From Eledone cirrhosa (lineage: Eukaryota), in the NCBI GenBank assembly GCA_964016885.1, contig OZ024742.1:31372001-31436000 (forward strand): a stretch of 64,000 bases of DNA. Direction: 5' to 3'. This document shows, piece by piece, positions 52,110 to 64,000 of the stretch. The notes beneath the pieces are model-generated. The model ran no database searches. It saw only the letters and a list, made by a program, of their open reading frames with translations, and was not told the origin of the DNA. Made by a program: the position numbers and the translations under genes. Each line of letters starts with the position of its first letter. The first letter of the stretch is position 1.

Positions 52110-54615
52110 ATGGTTGCTATGGTTCCAGTGTGGTAGTGGGAAGGACTGACTTGTGGTTGCTATGGTTTCAGTAAGGTAGTGGGAAGGACTGACTTGTGGT
52201 TACTATGGTTTCAGTGTGGTAGTGGAAAGGACTGACTTGTGGTTATTATGGTTTCAGTGTGGTAGTGGGAAGGACTGACTTGTGGTTACTATGGTTTCAG
52301 TGTGGTAGTGGGAAGGACTGACTTGTGGTTACTATGGTTTCAGTGTGGTAGTGGGAAGGACTGACTTGTGGTTACTATGGTTTCAGTGTGGTAGTGGGAA
52401 GGACTGACTTGTGGTTACTATGGTTTCAGTGTGGTAGTGGGAAGGACTGACTTGTGGTTGCTATGGTTTCAGTGTGGTAGTGGGAAGGACTGACTTGTGG
52501 TTACTATGGTTTCAGTGTGGTAGTGGGAAGGACTGACTTGTGGTTACTATGGTTTCAGTAAGGTAGTGGGAAGGACTGACTTGTGGTTACTATGGTTTCA
52601 GTGTGGTAGTGGGAAGGACTGACTTGTGGTTGCTATGGTTTCAGTGTGGTAGTGGGAAGGACTGACTTGTGGTTACTATGGTTTCAGTAAGGTAGTGGAA
52701 AGGACTGACTTGTGGTTACTATGGTTTCAGTGTGGTAGTGGGAAGGACTGACTTGTGGTTGCTATGGTTTCAGTATGGTAGTGGGAAGGACTGACTTGTG
52801 GTTGCTATGGTTTCAGTGTGGTATTGGGAAGGACTGACTTGTGGTTGCTATGGTTTCAGTATGGTAGTGGGAAGGACTGACTTGTGGTTGCTATGGTTTC
52901 AGTGTGGTAGTGGGAAGGACTGACTTGTGGTTGCTATGGTTTCATTATGGTAGTGGGAAGGACTGACTTGTGGTTGCTATGGTTTCATTATGGTAGTGGG
53001 AAGGACTGACTTGTGGTTGCTATGGTTTCAGTAAGGTAGTGGGAAGGACTGACTTGTGGTTACTATGGTTTCAGTGTGGTAGTGGGAAGGACTGACTTGT
53101 GGTTGCTATGGTTTCATTATGGTAGTGGGAAGGACTGACTTGTGGTTACTATGGTTTCAGTGTGGTAGTGGGAAGGAGTGACTTGTGGTTACTATGGTTT
53201 CAGTATGGTAGTGGGAAGGACTGACTTGTGGTTACTATGGTTTCATTATGGTAGTGGGAAGGACTGACTTGTGGTTGCTATGGTTTCAGCATGGTAGTGG
53301 GAAGGACTGACTTGTGGTTACTATGGTTTCATTATGGTAGTGGGAAGGACTGACTTGTGGTTACTATGGTTTCAGTGTGGTAGTGGGAAGGACTGACTTG
53401 TGGTTGCTATGGTTTCAGTGTGGTAGTGGAAAGGACTGACTTGTGGTTACTATGGTTTCAGTGTGGTAGTGGAAAGGACTGACTTGTGGTTACTATGGTT
53501 TCAGTGTGGTAGTGGGAAGGACTGACTTGTGGTTGCTATGGTTTCAGTGTGGTAGTGGGAAGGACTGACTTGTGGTTGCTATGGTTTCAGTGTGGTAGTG
53601 GGAAGGACTGACTTGTGGTTACTATGGTTCCAGTGTGGTAGTGGGAAGGACTGACTTGTGGTTACTATGGTTTCAGTAAGGTAGTGGAAAGGACTGACTT
53701 GTGGTTACTATGGTTTCAGTGTGGTAGTGGAAAGGACTTGTGGTTGCTATGGTTTCAGTGTGGTAGTGGGAAGGACTGACTTGTGGTTACTATGGTTTCA
53801 GTGTGGTAGTGGAAAGGACTGACTTGTGGTTGCTATGGTTTCAGTGTGGTAGTGGGAAAGACTGACTTGTGGTTACTATGGTTTCAGTATGGTAGTGGGA
53901 AGGACTGACTTGTGGTTACTATGGTTTCAGTGTGGTAGTGGAAAGGACTGACTTGTGGTTGCTATGGTTTCATTATGGTAGTGGGAAGGACTGACTTGTG
54001 GTTGCTATGGTTTCAGTATGGTAGTGGGAAAGACTGACTTGTGGTTGCTATGGTTTCAGTGTGGTAGTGGGAAGGACTGACTTGTGGTTGCTATGGTTTC
54101 AGTGTGGTAGTGGGAAGGACTGACTTGTGGTTGCTATGGTTTCATTATGGTAGTGGAAAGGACTGACTTGTGGTTGCTATGGTTTCAGTATGGTAGTGGG
54201 AAGGACTTGTGGTTGCTATGGTTTCAGTGTGGTAGTGGGAAAGACTGACTTGTGGTTGCTATGGTTTCAGTATGGTAGTGGGAAGGACTGACTTGTGGTT
54301 GATATGGTTTCAGTGTGGTAGTGGGAAGGACTGACTTGTGGTTGCTATGGTTTCAGTGTGGTAGTGGGAAGGACTGACTTGTGGTTGCTATGGTTTCAGT
54401 GTGGTAGTGGGAAGGACTGACTTGTGGTTGCTATGGTTTCAGTGTGGTAGTGGGAAGGACTGACTTGTGGTTGCTATGGTTTCAGTGTGGTAGTGGGAAG
54501 GACTGACTTGTGGTTGCTATGGTTTCATTATGGTAGTGGAAAGGACTGACTTGTGGTTGCTATGGTTTCAGTATGGTAGTGGGAAGGACTTGTGGTTGCT
54601 ATGGTTTCATTATGG
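52110..54615. repeat. 43-bp minisatellite, about 58 copies, in UreG-like intron 1
   Basis: Unit TGGTT(A/G)CTATGGTTTCAGTGTGGTAGTGGGAAGGACTGACTTG with no unique spacers. Confidence 0.97.
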
Positions 54616-54823
54616 CATTATGTTATGGTTTCATTATGTTAGGGTAATCAACAGTCTTATTTACATACATACATTCCAGCATTCTTTCTCTTTTTACTGA
54701 CCTCTGAATGTATTTTATCATAGGACCAGCACTAGAGAGGTTGTCATGTCCCTGACACACTTAAAGAGTGCAACCAACCATTTGTGTGATAACTTTTCAA
54801 ATGAAAGATATTAAAATACTTAC

Positions 54824-54877
54824 TTTATTCCAGTCGGTTCGGTAGAAATTCTGACCGGGAATTCTTCTACAAGTCAT
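54824..54877 (-). CDS. ureG: UreG-like GTPase, coding exon 1 (MTCRRIPGQNFYRTDWNK)
   Basis: ATG at 54877, donor AAA|gtaagt at 54823, phase 0. The RTDWNK|RAFTVG junction resembles eukaryotic UreG R(D/N)(W/F)NERAFTVG. Upstream acceptor ttaattacag at 54937; the frame is also open upstream of the ATG, so the start is not certain. Confidence 0.75.
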
Positions 54878-55636
54878 TTTTTGACGAAGAAAAACTAAAA
54901 TTAGAAATTTGAGAGATTGAGGTGTGGAGGTGTAATCTGTAATTAATAATATAAAATTTATACTGTTGGTATTTACTTTATATACTAGCTGCAAATAATA
55001 GAAATTACTATTATTTAATCACATGAATATTTCACATGAAAATATAGAATGAAATTGAGCAGACCTAATTAGAAACATTGCAGCCATAAACCTGGATTAT
55101 ATGCTCTGGGTGTGTTTAAAACGATTTTGTGTGGTACTTCGAGAGAGACATTGTGTACAACTTGTTACTAAATAGGTTCTCTTTCATTAGCTTGAAGTAA
55201 TCAGTGGTAATTATATATGGAGAGAACTTCTTGCACTAAATACAAATTCCAATGTTAGTTCAAAATAACCAATGTTAATAATTGTTTCTACTTTTGGCAC
55301 AAGGCCAGCAATTACCCAGTGCATTACTGGTACTTTATTTTATCGACCCTGTAACGATGAAAGGCAAAGTTAACCTCGGCGGGATTTAAACTCAGACGAT
55401 AGAGCGCCGTAACTCTATGTTGCAAAGCATGGCGTCCGACCCTCTACTGATACTGCCAATCCATCCTGGATGCAAATCTTCAGAAATAACTTAATTAAAT
55501 TTGTTATTATTATTAAAGAAAGAATTATTATTATTGGATTAGCAGTATGTGTGTATGAGTTATATTTTGATAGTTAAGGCATTTGTAATTGTAATTTCAA
55601 GTTATCTATATTGTCAGTGTATATATATATATATAT

Positions 55637-55947
55637 GAGTGGCGAAGGGTAACCTGGAAAGCAGAGCATGCAGTCAAATCGCCAATTCCCTCTAAATGAC
55701 CCTCCCGGTCAAAGCTGCATGTAGTGTTATCTAGTGTGTGTGTGTGTGTTATCTTTTTATGTGTCTTAAGCAGTCAAAATTCTGCTTGCCCCAAAGCTGT
55801 CGTGTGTTTGTGTGTATGTGTGTGTTATCTTTTTTTGTGTCTATACGATTTAGTAAGCAGCCAAAATTCTGCTTGCTTCAACCGACGCAATTGATCAATT
55901 GAAGATTCTATAACGCATGCACTGTATGCACGGACCCTTCGTCCCTG
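55637..55947. mobile_element. Probable hAT-like MITE in (TA)n
   Basis: Termini GAGTGGCGAAGGGT / ACCCTTCGTCCCTG with ATATATAT on both sides. Confidence 0.5.
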
Positions 55948-56286
55948 ATATATATCATCATCATCATCATCATCATTTTACGTCCGTTTTTCCCTGCTTG
56001 CAAGGGTGGGACGGGAACTGATTCTGGCTTGATTTCTACAGCTGGATGCCCTTCCTAACACCAACCTCATTTACAGTGTTTTTTTGTCGTGGCACCTCCA
56101 CGACCACTCTGCAGAAATGAGATGATAGGGACTGGGGTCCCTATCATCTCATTTCTACAGCTGAGTAAACTGGAGCAATGTGAAATAAAGTGTCTTGCTC
56201 AAGGAAACGACACATCACCCGGTCTGAGAATTGAACTCACAACCTTTCGATTGCAAGGCCAATGCTCTAACCACTAAGCCATATGC

Positions 56287-56825
<539 letters not shown>

Positions 56826-57299
56826 ATAATATATAAGATCAAAAGATGGTTAAAGGAGTTTCATGTATTTTATTATGCGCATTTCAAAAACAAACATCAT
56901 CATGCAATAATATTTGTGTTTTCATCAGATAAAACAGGAGAACATGATTTGAAAGCTAAAAAACACTTGTGGATAGTGCAGTTTTAAATCAACATATTGT
57001 TTTTAAAACGTTCAACACCGTCACCGCCACCATTGTCACCACTGATATGTTGATTTAAAACTGCACTATCCACAAGTGTTTTTTAGCCTTCATATCATGT
57101 TCTCCTGTTTTATCTGATGAAAACACAAATATTATTGCATGATGATGTTTGTTTTTGAAATGCGCATAATAAAATACATGGAACTCCTTTAACCATCTTT
57201 TGATCTTATATATTATGTATACTCCAGTCCTACAAACTGTAGAGTGCTTCTTATCCGATATCTGCATTACTTTATTGTACTACAATAAAACTCACCTCC

Positions 57300-57302
<3 letters not shown>
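56826..57302. mobile_element. Palindromic Penelope-like mini-element in (TA)n
   Basis: Near-identical inverted arms of about 172 bp at 56826-56997 and 57045-57216, GAGTGCT tail, TA flanks. Confidence 0.82.
57106..57176 (+). ncRNA. Minimal type I hammerhead ribozyme (mirror copy on minus strand at 56866-56936)
   Basis: tgttttat-CTGATGA-[aaacacaaatattat..atgatgatgtttgttttt]-GAAA-tgcgca-TA-ataaaata: intact core, 8-bp stem I, palindromic stem III. Confidence 0.82.
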
Positions 57303-57375
<73 letters not shown>

Positions 57376-57379
<4 letters not shown>

Positions 57380-58601
57380 TAGATAGATATGTTTCTTTTA
57401 TTTGCCACCAGGGCATCAAAAGTGGGACAAGTACAAAGGGGGGAGTTTACACAAAAAGGCGTCCTCAATAAGGAGGAGGCAATAACAAAATATAAAAATA
57501 AAATAAAATATAACAAAAAATAAAATTTATAACAAAATCCTCAATAGAGAGGAGGCACCTTGGGGGGTCGCACACACCCCCGGAAAAAGTGTGCAACCCT
57601 TTTCCTCAGGAGCACAGAGAGGGGGTGCTCCCTCGTTCCTTCCTCTTTTCCACCTACAGGCTTATGTAAAGAGAAGGCCCATTCACACGGGCCATTCTCG
57701 CCACTTTCACCCATCTTTCATAGAAACGGCTGGGGTGGAGCACCTCTCTCTCCATCCTGATCCTTCTTCCGAAATGATATCGGAAGAAACGGACCAGTTG
57801 TTGGCCAGAGAGAAAGGTGCCTGACCTCAGTCCTTTCAGACGCGTCCACCATACAACCTCTTTCGCCATGGCTATTACGCACAGAAACACCGCCTCTGCT
57901 TCATCTTTGAAGGGGGGAGGCGGCTTGATCATTACAATAGACTCGGTGGTCAACCGGATCGGTCCCACCCTTGACAGCAGTTGTTCGGCATAGCCCCACA
58001 GATCGGCTACGCCCGAGCAGTGTACCAATGCGTGTGCAACGGTTTCCTCGTCGCACACGCATCTGGGACAGATCTTTTTGGCGGGGTCCCTACCCGGGCG
58101 CCCGTGTCTGTAGAGCCTTTCTCGAACGGGTAAAGCCCCTCGGTAGCACTGCCAGGCCAGGGACTTCTGGAAGTTGTCCATAGGTCCCGGGCTAAATGTC
58201 CTACCGAACAGGCTGGCCAGTTCGTCCTCCTCCATGTCTAGGGCTTCTCCGAGGGCGTCGTCGCACCTGCTGCGTACCAGCCCTCTATAGAATGTTGCGG
58301 TGGAGTCTCCACTGATAACCGGATCCGCCTGCCAGAGGGCGGTGAGCGCCTGGGCACACTCAGTGTGCCAGGCACCCAGTTTTCTCGGTCTTTGCTTGAC
58401 CCAGGATTGCAGCGCGGTGAGTGAGACGAGTCTGGGAAAGGTTCGTCTCACAAACGAGGCCCACACCGGTTGACCGGTGAGGAATACGTAGAGGTGCCGT
58501 AGCCTTAATGCGTGTTTACGCATCATTAGCCACGGCATCCCCAGCCCTCCTTTCGAAGGGTGTTGACAGCAGATGGATCTCCTCACCATAGGAGCCCGCC
58601 T
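57376..58601 (-). mobile_element. 5'-truncated Tx1-like LINE copy
   Basis: 311-aa ORF2 C-terminus (KGGLGMP, CPRC...ETVAHALVHC) paralogous to the adjacent copy; (TATC)n tail. Confidence 0.9.
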
Positions 58602-58669
58602 CAGATAGATAGATAGATAGATATGTTTCTTTTATTTGCCACCAGGGCATCAAAAGTGGGACAAGTACA

Positions 58670-58670
58670 A

Positions 58671-58712
<42 letters not shown>

Positions 58713-61700
58713 TTCTATTTATTTGCCATGAGGGCACAAAAGAAGGGGACATTTACACAGTGGGGGAGTTTACATAAATCGAGTAAAGAAAAAAGGAATA
58801 ACAATAATAATATAACAATAAAAAGTCCTCAAAAGGGAGGGGGCGTGTTGGGGATTGCACATACCCCCGAAAAGTGTGCAACTCTTTTCGCGGGGGAAGC
58901 CCAGAGAGGAGGCGCTCCCCCTTTCCTCTTCACTTCTTCACCTACAGAACAATGTAGAGAGAAGGCCCATTTACACGGGCCATTCTCGCTTCTTTCACCC
59001 ACCTTTCATAAAACTGTCTGGGGCCAAGCACTTCTCTCTCCATCCTGATCCTTCTTCCGAAGTGGTATCGGAAGAAGTAAACCAGGTGATGGCCGGAGAG
59101 AAAGTCACCCGACCTCAGACCTTTCAGGCGCGTCCACCACACAACCTCTTTCATCATGGCTATTACGCACAGAAAGACCGCCTCTGCTTCACTTCTGAAG
59201 GGAGGAGGCGGCTTGATGTTCACCACAGACTCGGCGGTTAATCGAATCGGCGCCACACGCGACAGCAGTCGTTCGACGTAGCCCCACAGATCGGCAACGC
59301 CCGGGCAGTGTACCAGTGCATGCGCAACGGTTTCCTCGTCGCGCACGCATCTGGGACAGATCTTTTTCGCGGGATCCCTGCCCGGGCGCCCGTGTCTGTA
59401 GAGCTTTTCTCAAACGGGCAGAGCCCCCCGGTAACACTGCCAGGCTAGGGACCTCTGGAAGTTGTCCATGGGTCCCGGGCCGAAAGTTCTACCGAACAGG
59501 CTGGCCAGTTCGTCCTCCTCCATGCCTAGCGACTCTCCAAGGGTGTCGTCGCCCTTGCTAGCCACCAACCCTCTATAGGATGTCGAGGTGGATTCTCCAC
59601 TGATAGTCGGGTCCGCTTGCCAGATAGCCGTGAGCGCCTGGGCACACTCGGTGTGCCAGTTGCCCAGTTTTCTCGGTCTTTGCTTCACCCAGGATTGCAG
59701 TTCGGTGAGCGAGACGAGCTGTGGGAAGGCTCGCCTCACAAACGGGGCCCACACCGGCTGACCGTTGAGGAATACCTGTAGATGCCGTAGCCTCAATGCG
59801 TGCCTACGCATCAACAGCCACGGCATACCCAGCCCTCCTTTCGAAGGGTGCTGGCAGCAGATGGATCTCCTCACCATGGGAGGCCGCTTCTTCCAGAGGA
59901 ACTGGAAGAGCATGCGTTCCATGATGGTGAACTTTTCCTTGGGGCAAGGCACAACGGTCAGGCGGTAGTAGATGACGGACGCTATGTAAGCGTTCGTCAC
60001 CTCCACCCGACCTTTCAGTGATAGTTTGCACTTGGCCCACTTCTGGGTCAGCGCAAACACCCTGCTCGTAACCTTGTCCCAATTCTTCTCCACCTGGAGG
60101 TCCGGTCCGAACCAGACCCCGAGCAGCTTCACCGGGCCCTCCGTCCACCGCCCGACGACACCGTCTAACGGCATCGGTTTGCCCTCCGCGTTCCGAGTTG
60201 CAAACCGACTCACTTGTCCTGGTTCAGCCTAGCCCCCGTCAGCCTTTCGTATTCCTCCAGTAGGGTGGCGATCGCCCCGATTTCCGAGGCGTCCGCCACC
60301 ATTACTGTTACGTCGTCGGCATAGGCCGAGACCGCTTTGTGCAATCCCGGTTCCAGGGGTATGCCCCGCAGCAACTCCAACTTCCGCAGCAGTGGCTCGA
60401 GAGTCAATACGTACAGAAGGGAGGAGAGGGGGCACCCCTGTCTGATGGACCAGGTGATTTGAAACGGCTCCGAGAGGTAGCCGTTTACTTTAATCCTAGA
60501 GTAGATGTTGCCACTGTGCATGGCAGAAATCCAGCCCCTGAAAACGGGTCCGAAGCCCGCCGCCGTTAGCACCGCATCCAGGTAACCATGGTCGACTCTA
60601 TCGAACGCCTTAGATTGATCCAAGTTGATCAGGGTCCCACCAAAGCCGGGTTTGTTGCCAACCCTCTCTACGATGTATCGCATGAGGTGGAGGTTGTCGT
60701 GAATGGACCTGAACGGGATAGCGCATGTCTGCGCACCTCCCACCAAACCACCCACCACAAGCGCCAACCTCTTCGCCAACACCTTGGCCAAAATCTGTAA
60801 CTCTGCATTTAGCAGAGTTATGGGCCTAAAGTTACTTAAGTCGTCCCCTTTGCTCTCGTCCTTCCTCACTAGCGTGACCACGCCCTTGGTCACAGAACAG
60901 GGAATTCTCCCGTTCTGTTGCCAGTTGCAATAGACAGCCTCGAGGAGTTCGGAGAACAAGACCGGCATAGCTAAATAAAGTTCGTATGGTAGACCATCGA
61001 GACCCGGAGATTTGCGTCTGCTGCATTGGCTGAGCGCTTCACCGATTTCAGTGGCTGTGATTGGCCTTTCGCAGCACTCCGCTTCGCCTCTCGAAAGACG
61101 CGGTAGACCGTCGAGGTATGGACCGAAGTCCACATCCCCGTCCGGCCCCCCGCCCCCTCCGAACAGTCGAACAAAGTGCCTTTGAAAGGCCTCGCACATC
61201 CGCTCAGGTTCAAGGATCACCCGTCCATCCTGGTCTCGCAAAGACCGAATGGTGGATTTAATCCCACTCTTGGCTTCTGTCACGCGGGCCCAGCTAACAG
61301 CTTTGGTCCCCTCGTTTCCTAAAGCACGTATTTTACTTCGGACAACGCAGCCTTCGTGCTTGGCGTCAAAGAACTGGCTCAATGCCGTTCTCGACGCTAA
61401 CACTCTGGCCACGTCTCCGCTCCTAATCGCCTCTTCTAGTTTATCTGTTAACTCCCTTTCCTTCCTATTTCTATTTGCCGCTAGTTCCTTACTGTAACCT
61501 ATCGAACTTACTCTAATCTCTCTCTTTAGAGATACCCACCACCTGCTGTTGACGATCGTTCCCGTCAACCGCATCTTAACTAAGCTACTAATCCGGTTCC
61601 TGTAATCTTTCTTTGCCGGCAAGGACAAGTTCATCTTCCAGTAACCGGGACCCTGTCTATGCGTTCTATCAAGGTTGACCACGCAGGTCACTAATTTGTG

Positions 61701-64000
61701 ATCTGAATAGCCAACCATGATCAGTTCTGGACAACTAAATACGTCCCTATCCTTACTCCTAACCAAAAACCTATCTAGGTACGATCTAGATTGTCCACTG
61801 CGGTTTGCCCAGGTCCAGGTTGGCTCAGTTGGACAATCTAGTCGAAATCTATCGACCAGGTCGAATCGATCGAGTAACCCCTTGAGGCTGCTACACCCCC
61901 CTCTATCGGGACATGCCCCTGCATAGTCCCAACGCGCATCTAGGATTCCATTCCAGTCCCCCACTAAAAGCAGGGAACGCGACGTTCCTAGAAAAGTCTC
62001 CAGACGCTGGAAGAAGTCGGCTCTTTCCGCCCCGAAGGGGGCATAAAGACCGACCAGTCTGAAAGCCCCGCCTTCACCGCCTCCGACGTCCAGCACCAGT
62101 AATCGACCCCCCGGGTCCGAGTGAACAATCTGTACGTCGAGAGCCAGACGTTTATCCAGCAGTACGGCAACCCCCCCCCCCCCCCGCCTCCGGGTTGACA
62201 GAGAGATGCGTGCATCTCAAAGTCATCGAAGGCGGGCGCCAGCTGTCTCACGCTGCTGATCCGACTCTCGCAAACAACCATCACATCTATACTTTGTGAC
62301 CTGAGGTCACTTAGAAGCTTTGCTTGCTTCCAAGCTGAGCCCAGGCCACGCGCGTTCAAACAGCCAACTCTCAATTGATCTATTTTGGTGTTGAAAGTGA
62401 AGAAAGAAAAGCACCTACCTCTCCGGGTTGTGTAATTTCCATGGCATCAGGTGTGTTGGGTGGAGGGATGTTTTGTGGTGGTGTGGGGGTACACGTGTGT
62501 GGTGGGGTTGGGGTATTTGGAGTTGTGTCAGGGAGAGGGGCGGTTATGGGGAAATCTTTCAAGAGGACGCGATTTAACGGTTTTAAACAGGGGGGGGGCT
62601 CACGTCCTGTCTAAATTGTTCTTTTAAGGAACGATAAAGGTCCAGAGGGACCTTTATCATTTTTAAATGGGTGAAGTTCTCTGTTGAGATAAAGTTTGGC
62701 CCTTCGGTCTGCACCATAGGGTTATTGTTTATTAATTTAACCAGTTTTTTGTTTTCTTTATTTATATATGTGTATTGCAACGTCTTTTTTTGTGATGCTG
62801 TCAATGTTTCGGAGAGGGGAGGCGCAGATTTATTTTTGTTTGTTGAGGCTGAGGTGTTTTTGATTGGAGTTGGTGTTTGTGTGTGGGTTATTTGTGGTGT
62901 GCTGGGTGTGTGTTTTCTTTTTTTTCTTTTAACTTGTCTGAAGGCTTCGCCTCCTTCTTCTTCAGAAGTTGGGGGAAACTCTTCAGCGCTAGGTGGGAGG
63001 GACGTGTTGTGTGGTTGTTTTTTTTTTGCGGGAGGGGTAAATTTGTTACTGTTTTTTTAATTATTTGTTTGGAATGGGTTTTGTGGTGGTGGTGGTGGTG
63101 GTAATGTTTGTCGTGCTTGTGGTTGGTGATGGTGGTGGTGATGTTTGTGTTGTGGTGGTGATTTTTGTGTCGTGCTTGTGTTTGGTGCTGGTGGTGGTGA
63201 TGTTTGTGTTGTGTTTGTGGTTGGTGGTGTCTGTATTTTGTTTGCTGTGTGTGGTATTAGTGTATTTTTGGAGGTGGGTGGTGTTGGTGTACTGTTTGTG
63301 GTGGGTGTGGGCAATAGTCCTTTTTGGGGGATACGTTTCGGGCAGTTAGCCTTAACGTGTCCCCTTTCCGTGCATAAATAGCATGCTGGTCTTCTCCCCT
63401 CTACAATTATATCTATTGGGGTGAGGTCATCCAGCCAGATGTGATCCGGGATTTGTGCTATTCTTTCGGGCCTCATTTGGACTAGTATGTCGAGGCCCAT
63501 TCCCAGGAACGCATCTCCAGTTGCCTTCCCCATTGACAGCATTGTGTCTTCGCCCATGTCTATGAAGCCAGCAATAGACCACCAGAAGTCCATTGTGGGC
63601 AGCATTGTTTTTACTTTTACTCTCTGTGTTCTTCTACCCATGTAGGAGGGATAGAAGCTGTATGTTGTCAATGAGAGTGGGCTTAGGGAAAGCTTCTGTG
63701 CCGTTTCCTTGTCTTTTGTTAAGACCGAAATGCTGCCATAGAGTCGGTCCTTTCGTATGAAGAGAATATTCTTCATATAGTCTTTTAGGACCAACTCTAT
63801 ATCCATTTGGCTGGGCTGTGCTGGCTTTCTTGTTTGGTTCAATATAGTTCTGAAGAGAACTGTGCTCTCTGTTCTCGCTTTCTTGAATTCTGGGGGGGGG
63901 GGGGGAGTTAATGGAAAACATTCCGTTCTCCCCCAAGACTATTTGTTTTTTCGCTTCGGCCAGTTTTTCTCTGGCGGCAGTTAAGTCAATTGGTGTATAT
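58670..64000 (-). mobile_element. Near full-length Tx1/L1-clade LINE (ORF1 about 62380-63900, ORF2 58942-62374), disrupted
   Basis: ORF1 knuckle CYLCTERGHVKANC. ORF2 has APE (CLNARGL, GDWN, YLDRFL, SDH), RT (KSPGLDGL, DQSKAFD, RQGCPLS, YADD) and a C-terminal CCHC. ORF2 is broken near 62170, 60210 and 59410. Confidence 0.95.

Noticed and set aside
52110-54615. CRISPR-like regular array (also 50655-51378 and 45318-45692)
   Set aside because: Contiguous tandem units with no unique spacers, no cas genes and a eukaryotic context.
45933-54877. Bacterial contamination or recent horizontal transfer as the source of ureG
   Set aside because: Five spliceosomal introns with host TEs, AT-rich codons and a eukaryote-type N-terminus. 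Ancient transfer cannot be excluded without a phylogeny.
56835-57267. Duplicated small protein [14 protein letters not shown] on both strands
   Set aside because: A by-product of the inverted repeat; the conserved feature is the ribozyme fold.

Overview
AT-rich, repeat-dense animal genomic DNA. The SINE, LINE and microsatellite content suggests a mollusc, probably an octopus-type cephalopod (inference). Most ORFs in the supplied track are microsatellite artefacts or decayed retrotransposons. Manual splicing recovers two convergent intron-containing host genes that the track largely misses. (1) Minus strand, 54877 to 45933: a six-exon, frame-intact 224-aa homologue of the urease accessory GTPase UreG. 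Its Ni-binding CPH motif reads CPL, and a new Cys-His pair follows the ESxGD motif. (2) Plus strand, about 2476-14894: a probably secreted protein of about 310 aa with one half and one degenerate von Willebrand A (VWA) domain, both lacking MIDAS. The rest includes RTE, CR1, R4/Dong-like and Tx1-like LINEs, tRNA-derived SINEs, a solo LTR, a non-autonomous LTR element, hAT, piggyBac and Tc1-mariner MITEs, and several satellites. There is also a recurring family of short palindromic elements beside (TA)n tracts that carry minimal type I hammerhead ribozyme cores (Penelope-like). All calls come from reading the sequence; no database searches were run.
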